A stretch of DNA of 64,000 nt from Acidimicrobiia bacterium (lineage in GTDB: Bacteria > Actinomycetota > Acidimicrobiia > Acidimicrobiales > CADCSY01): contig JBFWQW010000001.1 in assembly GCA_050249235.1 (NCBI GenBank), forward strand, positions 18,145-82,144. The letters run 5' to 3'. This document shows, one piece after another, positions 16,823 to 24,584 of this stretch. The translations under genes and the position numbers were made by a program. Position 1 is the first letter of the stretch. Each line of letters begins with the position of its first letter. The notes beneath the pieces were generated by a model that was not told the origin of the DNA, did no database searches, and saw only the letters and a list, made by a program, of their open reading frames with translations.

Positions 16823-18849
16823 GCCGGCGGCGGGCGGTGCCCCCGGGCGGCACCGCCGACCTCTCGGGCTGGATCTGGCCGGCCTGGCTGGAGCGCCAGC
16901 TCGACCCCGCCTCGCCGGCCCATGCGCCCGACCAGCCCCTGCCGGGCGCGACGAACGTCACCGCCCGGAGCTGGACCTCGGTCGGCAACCTCGACTCGGC
17001 GCTCGTGGCGACGGTCGACGGCCACGGCCTGGTGACGGGGCCGGGGGCGGGGTGGTCGCTCGACTGGTGGGTCGGCGCCGACGACCGCTGGCACCTGCCG
17101 AGCCGGGAGCCGGCCGTCCGCCAGCGGCTGCTGGAGGGCGCGCCGGTGGTCGAGACGTCGATGCGGGTGCCGAGCGGCGACGCCGTGCACCGCGTCCACG
17201 CCGTCCGGGAGGGCGGCCACGAGCTCGTCGTCGTCGAGGTGGAGAACCGCAGCCCGGCCCCCGTGGCGCTGGCCCTGGCGGTCCGGCCGTACGACGGCCG
17301 GTCGCTCGTGGCGGTGGGCCGGATCGAGCTGGTCGACGGCACCACGGTCGTGGTCGACGGCCGCCCCGCCCTGTTCCTGCCCCGCCCGCCGAACCGGGCG
17401 GCCGGGTCGACGGCGGCCGGGGGCGACGTGGCGTCGGTGGTGACGGCCGGCGCCGCCGGCGACCGGTTCGGCGCGGTCGACGACCCCGACGGGCTGGCCA
17501 CCGCCGCCTTCGTGTGGCCTCTGCCCCACCGCAGCGCCCTCCGGGTGGCGATGCCGCTGTCGGTGCCGATGGCGGGGCCGGGCTGGATCGGGTGGCGTCG
17601 CCGTCCCGGGCGGGGGAGGGAGGGGGTCGGGCCGCGACCGGACCTGGCCGGCCTCCCGGCCGGGGCCCGGGTGGCCAACGGCTGGAAGGCCCACGGCGCG
17701 GGCGGCCTGCGCCTGGTCCTGCCCGACGACCGCCTCGCCGAAGGCGTGGCCGCCACCCGCCAGCACCTCCGGGCCGGCACCGACCGGCCGCCCGCCGACC
17801 TGCGGGCCGCCACCTGGCTGCCTGGCGCCCTCGACCGGTTCGGCCTCGGCGCCGAGGTCGCCGGCCGGGCTGCCCGCTACCCCGAGGCGCTGCGGCTGGG
17901 GGGCGGGATCGGTCTGGCCGGTGCCGGCTCGGCGGGGGAGGGGGCTGCGCTGCACGCCCTGGCCGAGCACTGGCGGCTCCACCGCGACCGCCCGACCGCC
18001 GTCGAGCTGGTGCCCACCGTGGCCGCGGTCGCAGGCGCGCTGGCCGCACCGGCCCGCCGCCACCGGGGCGACCTGGGGTCGCCGTGGCGGCTGGCCGGGC
18101 TGCTGGCCGCGGCCGAGTTGCTGGGCGCGGCGGGCGAGGTGCGGGGCGCAGCCGACGCCCGCGGCCGGGCCGAGGCGGCTCGTGCCGGCCTCGCCGTCAC
18201 GGGGTCCGACGACGCCCTGGCCGCCTGCTGGCAGCTCCGCCTCGTCGGCCCCGACGACCCCCGGGTGCGGGCGGCCCGGTCGGCGGTGGGGGCGCGGCTC
18301 GACGGCGACCTCCCGGCCGGCGCCGGCCTCGACGCCCGGGCCGCGGTCGAGCTGGCGCTCGTCGAGGTCGAGGCCGGCGACCGGCGGGCCCTCGACCGGT
18401 TGGCCTGGCTGCTCGAGGTGGCGACGCCGACGTGGACGTGGCCGACGACCGTGCACCCCCGGCTCCGGAGCGGCTCGGCCGGCGACGGCGACGACGTCGT
18501 CGTGGCCGCCGGGCTCCTGCTGCTGGTCCGCCAGCTCCTCGTGCGGGAGCGGCCGGCGGGGCTGACCCTGGTCGGGCTCGTGCCGGAGGCCTGGCTGGGC
18601 CGGGGACTCGAGGTCCACGACGCCCCGACCACCCACGGCCTCCTCTCCTACGCGCTGCGTTGGCACGGCGACCGGCCCGCCCTGCTGTGGGAGCTGGCCC
18701 CGCACGAGGGGGCCGGCGTGGTGGTCCTCACCGCGCCCGGCCTCGATCCGTCGTGGTCGAGCGCCGAGCGCTCGGGCGAGGCGCTGCTGGCGCCGGTGCC
18801 CGTCCCGGCGGCGGCGACGCGCGTCGGACTGTCCCCCCGTCGGCGCTGA
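16819..18849 (+). CDS. hypothetical protein (676 aa), translationally coupled to gpsA
   Basis: Second half of the 1324-aa track ORF. ATG 16819 overlaps the gpsA stop as ATGA. The composition is non-repetitive and protein-like. I recognise no family. Confidence 0.7.
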   Translation: MSRRRAVPPGGTADLSGWIWPAWLERQLDPASPAHAPDQPLPGATNVTARSWTSVGNLDSALVATVDGHGLVTGPGAGWSLDWWVGADDRWHLPSREPAVRQRLLEGAPVVETSMRVPSGDAVHRVHAVREGGHELVVVEVENRSPAPVALALAVRPYDGRSLVAVGRIELVDGTTVVVDGRPALFLPRPPNRAAGSTAAGGDVASVVTAGAAGDRFGAVDDPDGLATAAFVWPLPHRSALRVAMPLSVPMAGPGWIGWRRRPGRGREGVGPRPDLAGLPAGARVANGWKAHGAGGLRLVLPDDRLAEGVAATRQHLRAGTDRPPADLRAATWLPGALDRFGLGAEVAGRAARYPEALRLGGGIGLAGAGSAGEGAALHALAEHWRLHRDRPTAVELVPTVAAVAGALAAPARRHRGDLGSPWRLAGLLAAAELLGAAGEVRGAADARGRAEAARAGLAVTGSDDALAACWQLRLVGPDDPRVRAARSAVGARLDGDLPAGAGLDARAAVELALVEVEAGDRRALDRLAWLLEVATPTWTWPTTVHPRLRSGSAGDGDDVVVAAGLLLLVRQLLVRERPAGLTLVGLVPEAWLGRGLEVHDAPTTHGLLSYALRWHGDRPALLWELAPHEGAGVVVLTAPGLDPSWSSAERSGEALLAPVPVPAAATRVGLSPRRR

Positions 18850-18904
18850 GCCCGTGTTTCGGTGCTGAGTCGGCGGGACGGCCCGCCGGCGTACGCTCCG
18901 GCCC

Positions 18905-19792
18905 GTGGCCCCTCCCGCTGCGACCACGGCCCCGGTGCTGCGCAGGGCCATCAGGCGCAAGCCCCCGTCGCTCGACCACGAGCGGGCCCTGTGGGCCGCC
19001 GGCCACGACGTCGTGGTCGGGGTCGACGAGGTGGGGCGGGGCGCCTGGGCCGGGCCGCTCACCGTCGGCGCCGCGGTGGTGCCACCCGACCGGCGGGTCT
19101 ACAAGGTGCGCGACTCCAAGCTGCTCCACGAGGCGGAGCGGGAGGCGCTGTTCGAGCGGATCGCGGGCTGGTGCCGGGCCTGGGCCGTGGGTCACGCCAG
19201 CCAGGAGGAGTGCGACGAGCTCGGCATGTCGGCCGCCCAGAAGCTGGCCGCCAGGCGCGCCATCGACGGCCTGGGCCTCGAGCCCGACCGCGTGCTCGTC
19301 GACGGCAACTGGGACTTCGTGGGCGGGGGCCGCACCGAGCGGCTGGTGAAGGGCGACGCCCGCTGCCTGAGCATCGCGGCGGCGTCGATCCTGGCCAAGG
19401 TGAGCCGGGACCGCATCATGCGGGCCGAGGCCGACCACTTCCCCGGCTATGACTTCGAGCGGAACAAGGGCTACCCGTGCCCCCGCCACAAGCTCGCCCT
19501 CCAGGGGATGGGCCCGACCTCGATCCACCGCCGCACCTGGGTGTTCATGGACCACCTGCCCTTCACGTCCCTGCACCGGCCGCTGGCGCTGGCGCTCGAC
19601 GACCAGCTGTCCCTGTTCGACGGCGGGGTTCCTCCCCGGGGGTCCGGGGGTGGGCCGGGTGCCGTGGCCGTCGACCCCTTCGGTGCCGTCGACGGTGCCC
19701 CCGCCGGCAGGGACGTCGAGGTGCTCGTCCGGCCCACCCGTCCCGCCGCTGCCGACACCGCCCTCGACGACCCGACCGTCATGCCGGCCTGA
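18905..19792 (+). CDS. rnhB: ribonuclease HII with a ~90-aa low-complexity C-terminal extension
   Basis: GVDEVGRGAWAGPL, RDSKLL, ILAKVSRD and KGYP motifs. GTG 18905 lies 7 nt after TACGCT (18892-18897), consistent with a leaderless start. Confidence 0.9.
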   Translation: MAPPAATTAPVLRRAIRRKPPSLDHERALWAAGHDVVVGVDEVGRGAWAGPLTVGAAVVPPDRRVYKVRDSKLLHEAEREALFERIAGWCRAWAVGHASQEECDELGMSAAQKLAARRAIDGLGLEPDRVLVDGNWDFVGGGRTERLVKGDARCLSIAAASILAKVSRDRIMRAEADHFPGYDFERNKGYPCPRHKLALQGMGPTSIHRRTWVFMDHLPFTSLHRPLALALDDQLSLFDGGVPPRGSGGGPGAVAVDPFGAVDGAPAGRDVEVLVRPTRPAAADTALDDPTVMPA

Positions 19793-19833
19793 CCGCGGGC
19801 CGGGGACTCCGGGCGGGCCGGTAGCGTCCGGGC

Positions 19834-20202
19834 GTGGCCGTCGCCCTCGCCGTCTGGACGCTCGTGGTGTGGGCCACCCGGGTCCGCAACGTCGTGGCCG
19901 ACGGCGGTGGGGCAGGCGAGCTGCTCGTGCCGGTCGGGCTGACCGCCCTGGCCGTGGCGGCCCTCGTCGACCGGCGCCGCGGGGCGTCCGTCCTGGCCGC
20001 GGCCACGGTGGCGGTGTGGGGGGTGCGGCTGCCGCTGCTCCTCGCCCACGACCACCCCGGTCCGTTCAAGGTGGTCCACGCCGTGCTGGCCGTGGTTTCG
20101 ATCGGCCTCGCCGCCGCCGTGCTGCGTTCGACCGGCCCGGGGCTGCGCCGGCGTCGCACCGCGCCGGTGGACGGGACCGCCCGGGTCCGCCAGGCCGGCT
20201 AG
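19834..20202 (+). CDS. hypothetical membrane protein
   Basis: 122-aa ORF with 3-4 hydrophobic segments. GTG 19834 lies 6 nt after TAGCGT (19822-19827). Confidence 0.5.
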   Translation: MAVALAVWTLVVWATRVRNVVADGGGAGELLVPVGLTALAVAALVDRRRGASVLAAATVAVWGVRLPLLLAHDHPGPFKVVHAVLAVVSIGLAAAVLRSTGPGLRRRRTAPVDGTARVRQAG

Positions 20203-20434
20203 CGCCCGCCGCTCGGTCGGCGGCCGGGTCGGGCTCGTCGCTTGGCCACGCCGACCCCCGCCCGTGGACCGGATCCCTCCGGCTCTTCGGCCGGCGCGGC
20301 CACTCGATCCGGGTCGGGCTTCGTCGGCACACCGCCGGTCGCCGTCGTCGATCCCGCCCCGGACGAGCCGGTGCAGGGCGCGGTGCGCATGGACCTGGGG
20401 CGCCCGGGCGGCGCGGGGTAACCTGCCGCCCGCC

Positions 20435-20779
20435 ATGGGCCAGCTCATCACCGTCGTCTCGAAGCCGTCGCCCCGACCGGGCGTGCTGCGCCTCGAGACC
20501 AACCGCAACCTCACCGGCATGGGCCACGAGCGCTACGCCGGCCCGGCCGACGCCACCGGCGACCGGCCGGTCGACCAGCTCGCCCGGCGGCTGTTCGAGG
20601 CGGACGAGATCGAGTCGATCCACATCTACGGCAACATCATCACCGTCGACCTGGCCAAGGGCGCCTCGGGCGCCGACCTGGCCGAGGTGGTGCGCGAGCT
20701 GTTCGTCCACTACCTGCCCGGCGTGCTCCCGCCCACCGACGAGGAGCTCACCGGGGTGGCGCCGGCCGCCGAGGCCTAG
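20435..20779 (+). CDS. NifU N-terminal-domain-like (Nfu_N) protein
   Basis: ATG 20435 inside the 171-aa ORF: MGQLITVVSKPSPRPGVLRLETNRNLTG...IESIHIYGNIITVDL. Resembles the scaffold Nfu/NifU N-terminal domain. The assignment is from memory. Confidence 0.65.
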   Translation: MGQLITVVSKPSPRPGVLRLETNRNLTGMGHERYAGPADATGDRPVDQLARRLFEADEIESIHIYGNIITVDLAKGASGADLAEVVRELFVHYLPGVLPPTDEELTGVAPAAEA

Positions 20780-20821
20780 CCCGGCGGTCCCGGCCGCCGA
20801 CGGCACGCGGGAGCGTCGTCG

Positions 20822-21673
20822 CTACCGCCCGAGCACGCGGCGCCAGCGCGCTTCGGCCAGCGAGTACACACCGAAGGCGGCGAAGCCGGCCGCCAGCACG
20901 ACGAGCACCGGCGGGCCGTACCACTCAGCCGCCACCTCCTTGAGGGCCCCGTCGAGGCCCTTCGCCTCGGTGGGGTCGAGGGTGATCGCGGCCCGGACGA
21001 CGAAGAGGCCGACGAGCGTGAAGCCGGCGCCCCGGCCGAGGTGGCCGGCGGTGCCGAGGACCCGCACGGTGCGCTCGCTGGCGTCGCCGAGCTCGCCCCG
21101 CTTGAGCCGCTCCATGAACGAGCCCGTCACGGCCCGGTAGCCGTTGAAGAGGCCGACGCCGACGACGGCGAGGCCGGCACCGGCGACGAGCAGGCGCCCG
21201 CCCGGCCAGCCCAGGGCGACGGCGGTGAGGGACTGCTCCTCCTCGCCGCCGTCGCCGCGGTGGGTGACGGCGAAGCGGGCGATGCTGATGGCGAAGCCGA
21301 TGTGGAGCACCGCCGTCGCCAGCGACCGCAGCCGGGTGCCGGCATCGGCGTCGGCCTCGCGGCTGGTGCGGCCGGTGGCGGCTTCGGTGGCCCGCCAGAC
21401 GGCGTAGCCGACCATGCCGAGGGCGAGGGCGGCCAGCAGGGCGGTCCCGTAGGAGCGGGCCGCGATGGTGGCCACGGCGCCCTCGCGGTCGGCCTGCCGT
21501 CCGTGGTCGCCGAAGGCGACGAGCAGGGCCAGCCAGCCGACGAGCAGGTAGACGAGGCCTCGGGCGGCCAGCCCGGCCCGGCCCAGGATCTCGACGCCGT
21601 CGGCTGCCTTGGCGCCGGGGGCGGTGGTGGTGAGCGGCACCGCCCTGAGTTGCCCCCGGGGCGCCCCCGGCAA
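20822..21673 (-). CDS. DUF1206 domain-containing membrane protein
   Basis: 283-aa ORF with repeated pairs of TM helices (ARGLVYLLVGWLAL..., GTALLAALALGMVGYAVWR...) typical of DUF1206. Confidence 0.8.
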   Translation of the reverse strand: MPGAPRGQLRAVPLTTTAPGAKAADGVEILGRAGLAARGLVYLLVGWLALLVAFGDHGRQADREGAVATIAARSYGTALLAALALGMVGYAVWRATEAATGRTSREADADAGTRLRSLATAVLHIGFAISIARFAVTHRGDGGEEEQSLTAVALGWPGGRLLVAGAGLAVVGVGLFNGYRAVTGSFMERLKRGELGDASERTVRVLGTAGHLGRGAGFTLVGLFVVRAAITLDPTEAKGLDGALKEVAAEWYGPPVLVVLAAGFAAFGVYSLAEARWRRVLGR

Positions 21674-21675
21674 CC

Positions 21676-21733
21676 TCCCGTTCCTTGTCGACCGAGGTGG
21701 AACGACCCCGCCTCAGCCGACAGAGAACGGGGT
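21676..21733. repeat. palindromic repeat family, copy B
   Basis: TCCCGTTC-CTTGTCGAC-CGAGG...CCTC-AGCCGACAGA-GAACGGGG. The left arm matches copies A and C (CCCGTTC-NN-(C)GTCGAC-N-GAG). It lies between divergent genes, so a terminator role is unlikely. Confidence 0.5.
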
Positions 21734-21752
21734 GTGGGGGCCGCCCGGTGAT

Positions 21753-21768
21753 ACGAACAGGTGTTCGA
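21753..21768 (+). promoter_or_regulatory. LexA (SOS) box upstream of imuA'
   Basis: ACGAACAGGTGTTCGA has one mismatch to the actinobacterial TCGAAC-N4-GTTCGA consensus. TACACT (21770-21775) follows, then ATG 21783 seven nt later. Confidence 0.8.
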
Positions 21769-21782
21769 TTACACTGCCGGGG

Positions 21783-22751
21783 ATGGCACTGGCGGAGCAG
21801 AGGGCCGATGGCCGGCCCGGGGGCCGGGTCGAGGGCTGGGTCGAGAGCTGGCTCGAGGATCCCGCCGACGAGTGGGTCGACCCGGTGCTCGAGCCGGTGG
21901 GGGCACCGCCAACCGCGGATGGCGAGGTGGGCCGGGCCGGGCGGGCGGGTGGTCGGGCGGGGTCGGTCCACCTCCCCGACCGGAGCCCGGGGGCGAGGGC
22001 GGCGCTGGCCCGGGTGGCCGAGCGGACCCGGCCCTCGGCCCTGGCCCGCCAGCGGGCCCTGCCGGTGCTGCCGGCGCTGGCCGGGCTGCTGCCGGACGGC
22101 CTGCGGCGGGGCTCCACCGTGGTGGTGGAGCCCGGGCCCGGCGCCACCACCCTCGCCGTCGCCCTGGTGGCGGCGGCCTCGGCCGACGGCAGCTGGGTGG
22201 CGGCGGTGGGGGTCCCGTCGCTCGGCCTGGCCGGGGCGGTCGAGCTGGGGATGGCTCCCGAGCGGCTGCTGCTCGTCGACCTCGACCTCGACCTCGACCT
22301 CGACTCGAGCTCGAGGGTCGAGCCGCACGGTGGCCGTGGGCGGTCCCCGGTCACCGCCGCCACGGTGGTGGCCGCGCTGGTCGACGCCGTCGACGTGGTG
22401 GTGCTCGGGGCCCGGGTGAGCCCGGCCGAGGCCCGCCGCCTGGCGGCCCGGGCCCGTGAGCAGGGGGCGGTGGTGGTGGCCCTCCCCGGTCGCTGGCCGG
22501 GGGTGGCCGACCTGCGGGTCCGGGTGGGCGGTGCCACCTGGGAGCTGCCCCACCGGCGTCTGGTGGCCCGCCGGGTGGAGGTGACGGTGGCGGGCCGGGG
22601 CGCCGCCGCCCGCCCCCGACGGTGCCCGCTGTGGCTCCCCGCCCCCGACGGCGCCGTCGCCGTCGTCGATGCCGAGCCGGGCGGGGATGCCACCGCCCCC
22701 CGGGCCGGGTGGGCCCGGCCCGGGGGGCCGGTCGCCGCGGTGGCGGGATGA
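21783..22751 (+). CDS. imuA': ImuA'-like SOS mutasome accessory protein
   Basis: ATG 21783 inside the 380-aa ORF. RecA/SulA-like core GSTVVVEPGPGATTLAVALVAAAS. Its position directly upstream of imuB with an ATGA overlap and an SOS box supports the call. Confidence 0.8.
   Translation: MALAEQRADGRPGGRVEGWVESWLEDPADEWVDPVLEPVGAPPTADGEVGRAGRAGGRAGSVHLPDRSPGARAALARVAERTRPSALARQRALPVLPALAGLLPDGLRRGSTVVVEPGPGATTLAVALVAAASADGSWVAAVGVPSLGLAGAVELGMAPERLLLVDLDLDLDLDSSSRVEPHGGRGRSPVTAATVVAALVDAVDVVVLGARVSPAEARRLAARAREQGAVVVALPGRWPGVADLRVRVGGATWELPHRRLVARRVEVTVAGRGAAARPRRCPLWLPAPDGAVAVVDAEPGGDATAPRAGWARPGGPVAAVAG
22278..22301 (+). repeat. (GACCTC)x4 in-frame hexanucleotide microsatellite inside imuA' (encodes DLDLDLDL)
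   Basis: Read directly: gacctc gacctc gacctc gacctc, flanked by the degenerate copies ctcgtc and gactcg. Confidence 0.9.
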
Positions 22752-24409
22752 CGCCGCCGACGACGCCGATGTCCACCACCAGCACCACCACGGCGGCGAC
22801 ACCCACCCGCACCCTGCTGGTGTGGTGCGCCGACTGGCCGGTCGTGGCCGGCGGGATCGGACCGGGCCAGCCGGCCGTGGTGCTGCACGCCAACCGGGTG
22901 GTGGCCTGCTCGGCGGCGGCCCGGGAGGACGGGGTGCGGCGGGGGCTGCGCCGGCGGGAGGCGCAGTCCCGCAGCCCCGACGCCGTCGTCCTGGCCGCCG
23001 ACCCCGACCGCGACGCCCGGGCCTTCGAGCCGGTGGCCGCCGCCGTCGAGGCGCTGGCCCCCCGGCTCGAGGTGGTGCGCCCCGGGGTCCTGGCCGTGGC
23101 CGCCCGGGGGCCCTCCCGCTACTACGGCGGTGACGACGAGGCCGCGGCCCGGGTGCGGGCGGCGGCCCTGGCCGCCATCGCCGGCCGGGCGGCGGTGGGC
23201 GCGGGGGTGGCCGACGGGCTCTTCGCCGCCCTCCTGGCTGCCCGTGACGCCGGCGGCGACCCATCCGCTCCCACCCCCGGGGGATCGGCGGCGGGGGGCG
23301 TGGTCGTCGTCCAGCCGGGGGCGGCCGCCGCCTTCCTCGCCCCCCGCCCGGTGGCGGCGCTGGCGCGGGTCCTCGTGGAGGACGCGGTGGTCGACCTGGT
23401 CGAGCTGCTCCGCCGGCTGGGGCTGCGCACCCTGGGGGAGGTGGCGGCGCTGCCCCCGGCCGACCTGCTCGGCCGGTTCGGACCGCTCGGGGCCCGGGTG
23501 TCGCGCCTGGCCCGGGGTCTCGACGAGCACCCGCCCCGGCCCCGGCCCGTCCCACCGGAGCTGGTGGTGGCGGCCGAGGTCGACCCGCCGGCCGAGCAGG
23601 TCAGCCAGCTCGCCTTCCTGGCCCGGGCCCTGGCCGCCGAGCTGGGCGACCGGCTGGCCGGTCGGGGCCTCGTCTGCACCCGCATCTCGATCGAGGTCGA
23701 GACCGAGCACGGGGAGACCCTGGCCCGGCGCTGGCGCCACGAAGGGGGCCTCGGGCCGAACGAGCTGGCCGACCGGGTCCGCTGGCAGCTCGACGGCTGG
23801 CTCCAGGCCCCCCGAGGCCGGCCGACCGGGGGCGTCAGCCTCCTGCGGCTGGTGCCCGAGCAGGTCGGCCCGGACGTGGGACGCCAGCTCGGGCTCTGGG
23901 GCGGGGCCCGCGACGGCGACGTCCGGGCCGCCCGGGGTGTCGCCCGCCTCCAGGGCCTGCTCGGTCCCGACGCCGTCCGGGTGCCGGAGCGCCGGGGCGG
24001 GCGGGGCCCCGGCGAGCAGCTGGCCCCGGTGCCGGCCCACGCCGTGCGCCTGGGCACCCCGGCGGCCACGGCCGATGCCGGCCGGCCCTGGCCCGGCCGG
24101 CTCCCGGCGCCGTCGCCGACGCTCGTGCACGCCGTCCCTCCGCCGGCGCTCCTGGTCGACGCCGCCGGCCGCCCGGTCGAGGTGACGGCCCGGGGGCTGC
24201 TGAGCGCCGAGCCGGCCACGGTGGCCGTGGGTGGCCGGCCGCCGGTGGCGGTGGCGGCCTGCGCCGGGCCGTGGCCGGCCGAGGAGCGGTGGTGGGATCC
24301 CACCGCGGCCCGCCGCCGGGCCCGCCTCCAGGTGGTGCTGGCCGACGGCACCGCCCATCTCCTGGTGGTCGAGGCCGGCCGCTGGACGGTGGAGGCGACC
24401 TACGACTGA
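22748..24409 (+). CDS. imuB: ImuB, Y-family-polymerase-like mutasome protein
   Basis: ATG 22748 overlaps the imuA' stop. N-terminus LLVWCADWPVVA...ANRVVACSAAAREDGVRRGLRRREAQSR...DPDRDARAFEPVAAAVE closely resembles mycobacterial ImuB as I recall it. Confidence 0.9.
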   Translation: MTPPTTPMSTTSTTTAATPTRTLLVWCADWPVVAGGIGPGQPAVVLHANRVVACSAAAREDGVRRGLRRREAQSRSPDAVVLAADPDRDARAFEPVAAAVEALAPRLEVVRPGVLAVAARGPSRYYGGDDEAAARVRAAALAAIAGRAAVGAGVADGLFAALLAARDAGGDPSAPTPGGSAAGGVVVVQPGAAAAFLAPRPVAALARVLVEDAVVDLVELLRRLGLRTLGEVAALPPADLLGRFGPLGARVSRLARGLDEHPPRPRPVPPELVVAAEVDPPAEQVSQLAFLARALAAELGDRLAGRGLVCTRISIEVETEHGETLARRWRHEGGLGPNELADRVRWQLDGWLQAPRGRPTGGVSLLRLVPEQVGPDVGRQLGLWGGARDGDVRAARGVARLQGLLGPDAVRVPERRGGRGPGEQLAPVPAHAVRLGTPAATADAGRPWPGRLPAPSPTLVHAVPPPALLVDAAGRPVEVTARGLLSAEPATVAVGGRPPVAVAACAGPWPAEERWWDPTAARRRARLQVVLADGTAHLLVVEAGRWTVEATYD

Positions 24410-24449
24410 TGTGGAACGGCCGCCGGGCCCGCCCCGGCGCGACCCGACC

Positions 24450-24498
24450 GAACTGGGTGCCACTGAAGCTGTGGTGCGGCTTCAGTGGCACCCAGTTC
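24450..24498 (+). terminator. perfect 20-bp inverted repeat with 9-nt loop downstream of imuB
   Basis: GAACTGGGTGCCACTGAAGC-tgtggtgcg-GCTTCAGTGGCACCCAGTTC. A second 14-bp palindrome GTGGACGCGTCCAC follows at 24504-24517. Confidence 0.6.
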
Positions 24499-24584
24499 AG
24501 TCCGTGGACGCGTCCACCGATCCGCGGCCGTCGTCCGGCGGGCGTAGCGTTCCGGCCCGGCCGGCCGAGGACGGGAGGGTGGCG

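Noticed and set aside
15184-19062. 1292-aa minus-strand ORF spanning gpsA, the 676-aa gene and rnhB
   Set aside because: Only the last ~205 codons (cofC) look like protein. The rest is an Arg/Pro/Gly-rich shadow opposite three good plus-strand genes.
20199-20390. 63-aa minus-strand ORF in the 232-bp gap before the NifU-like gene
   Set aside because: Gly/Pro/Arg-rich, with no motif and no SD or -10 box at its start. GC3 is only moderately elevated, so the evidence is insufficient.
20925-24463. 876-aa and 916-aa minus-strand ORFs across imuA'/imuB
   Set aside because: Arg/Pro/Gly low-complexity translation, antisense to imuA' and imuB, which have clear family motifs and an SOS box.
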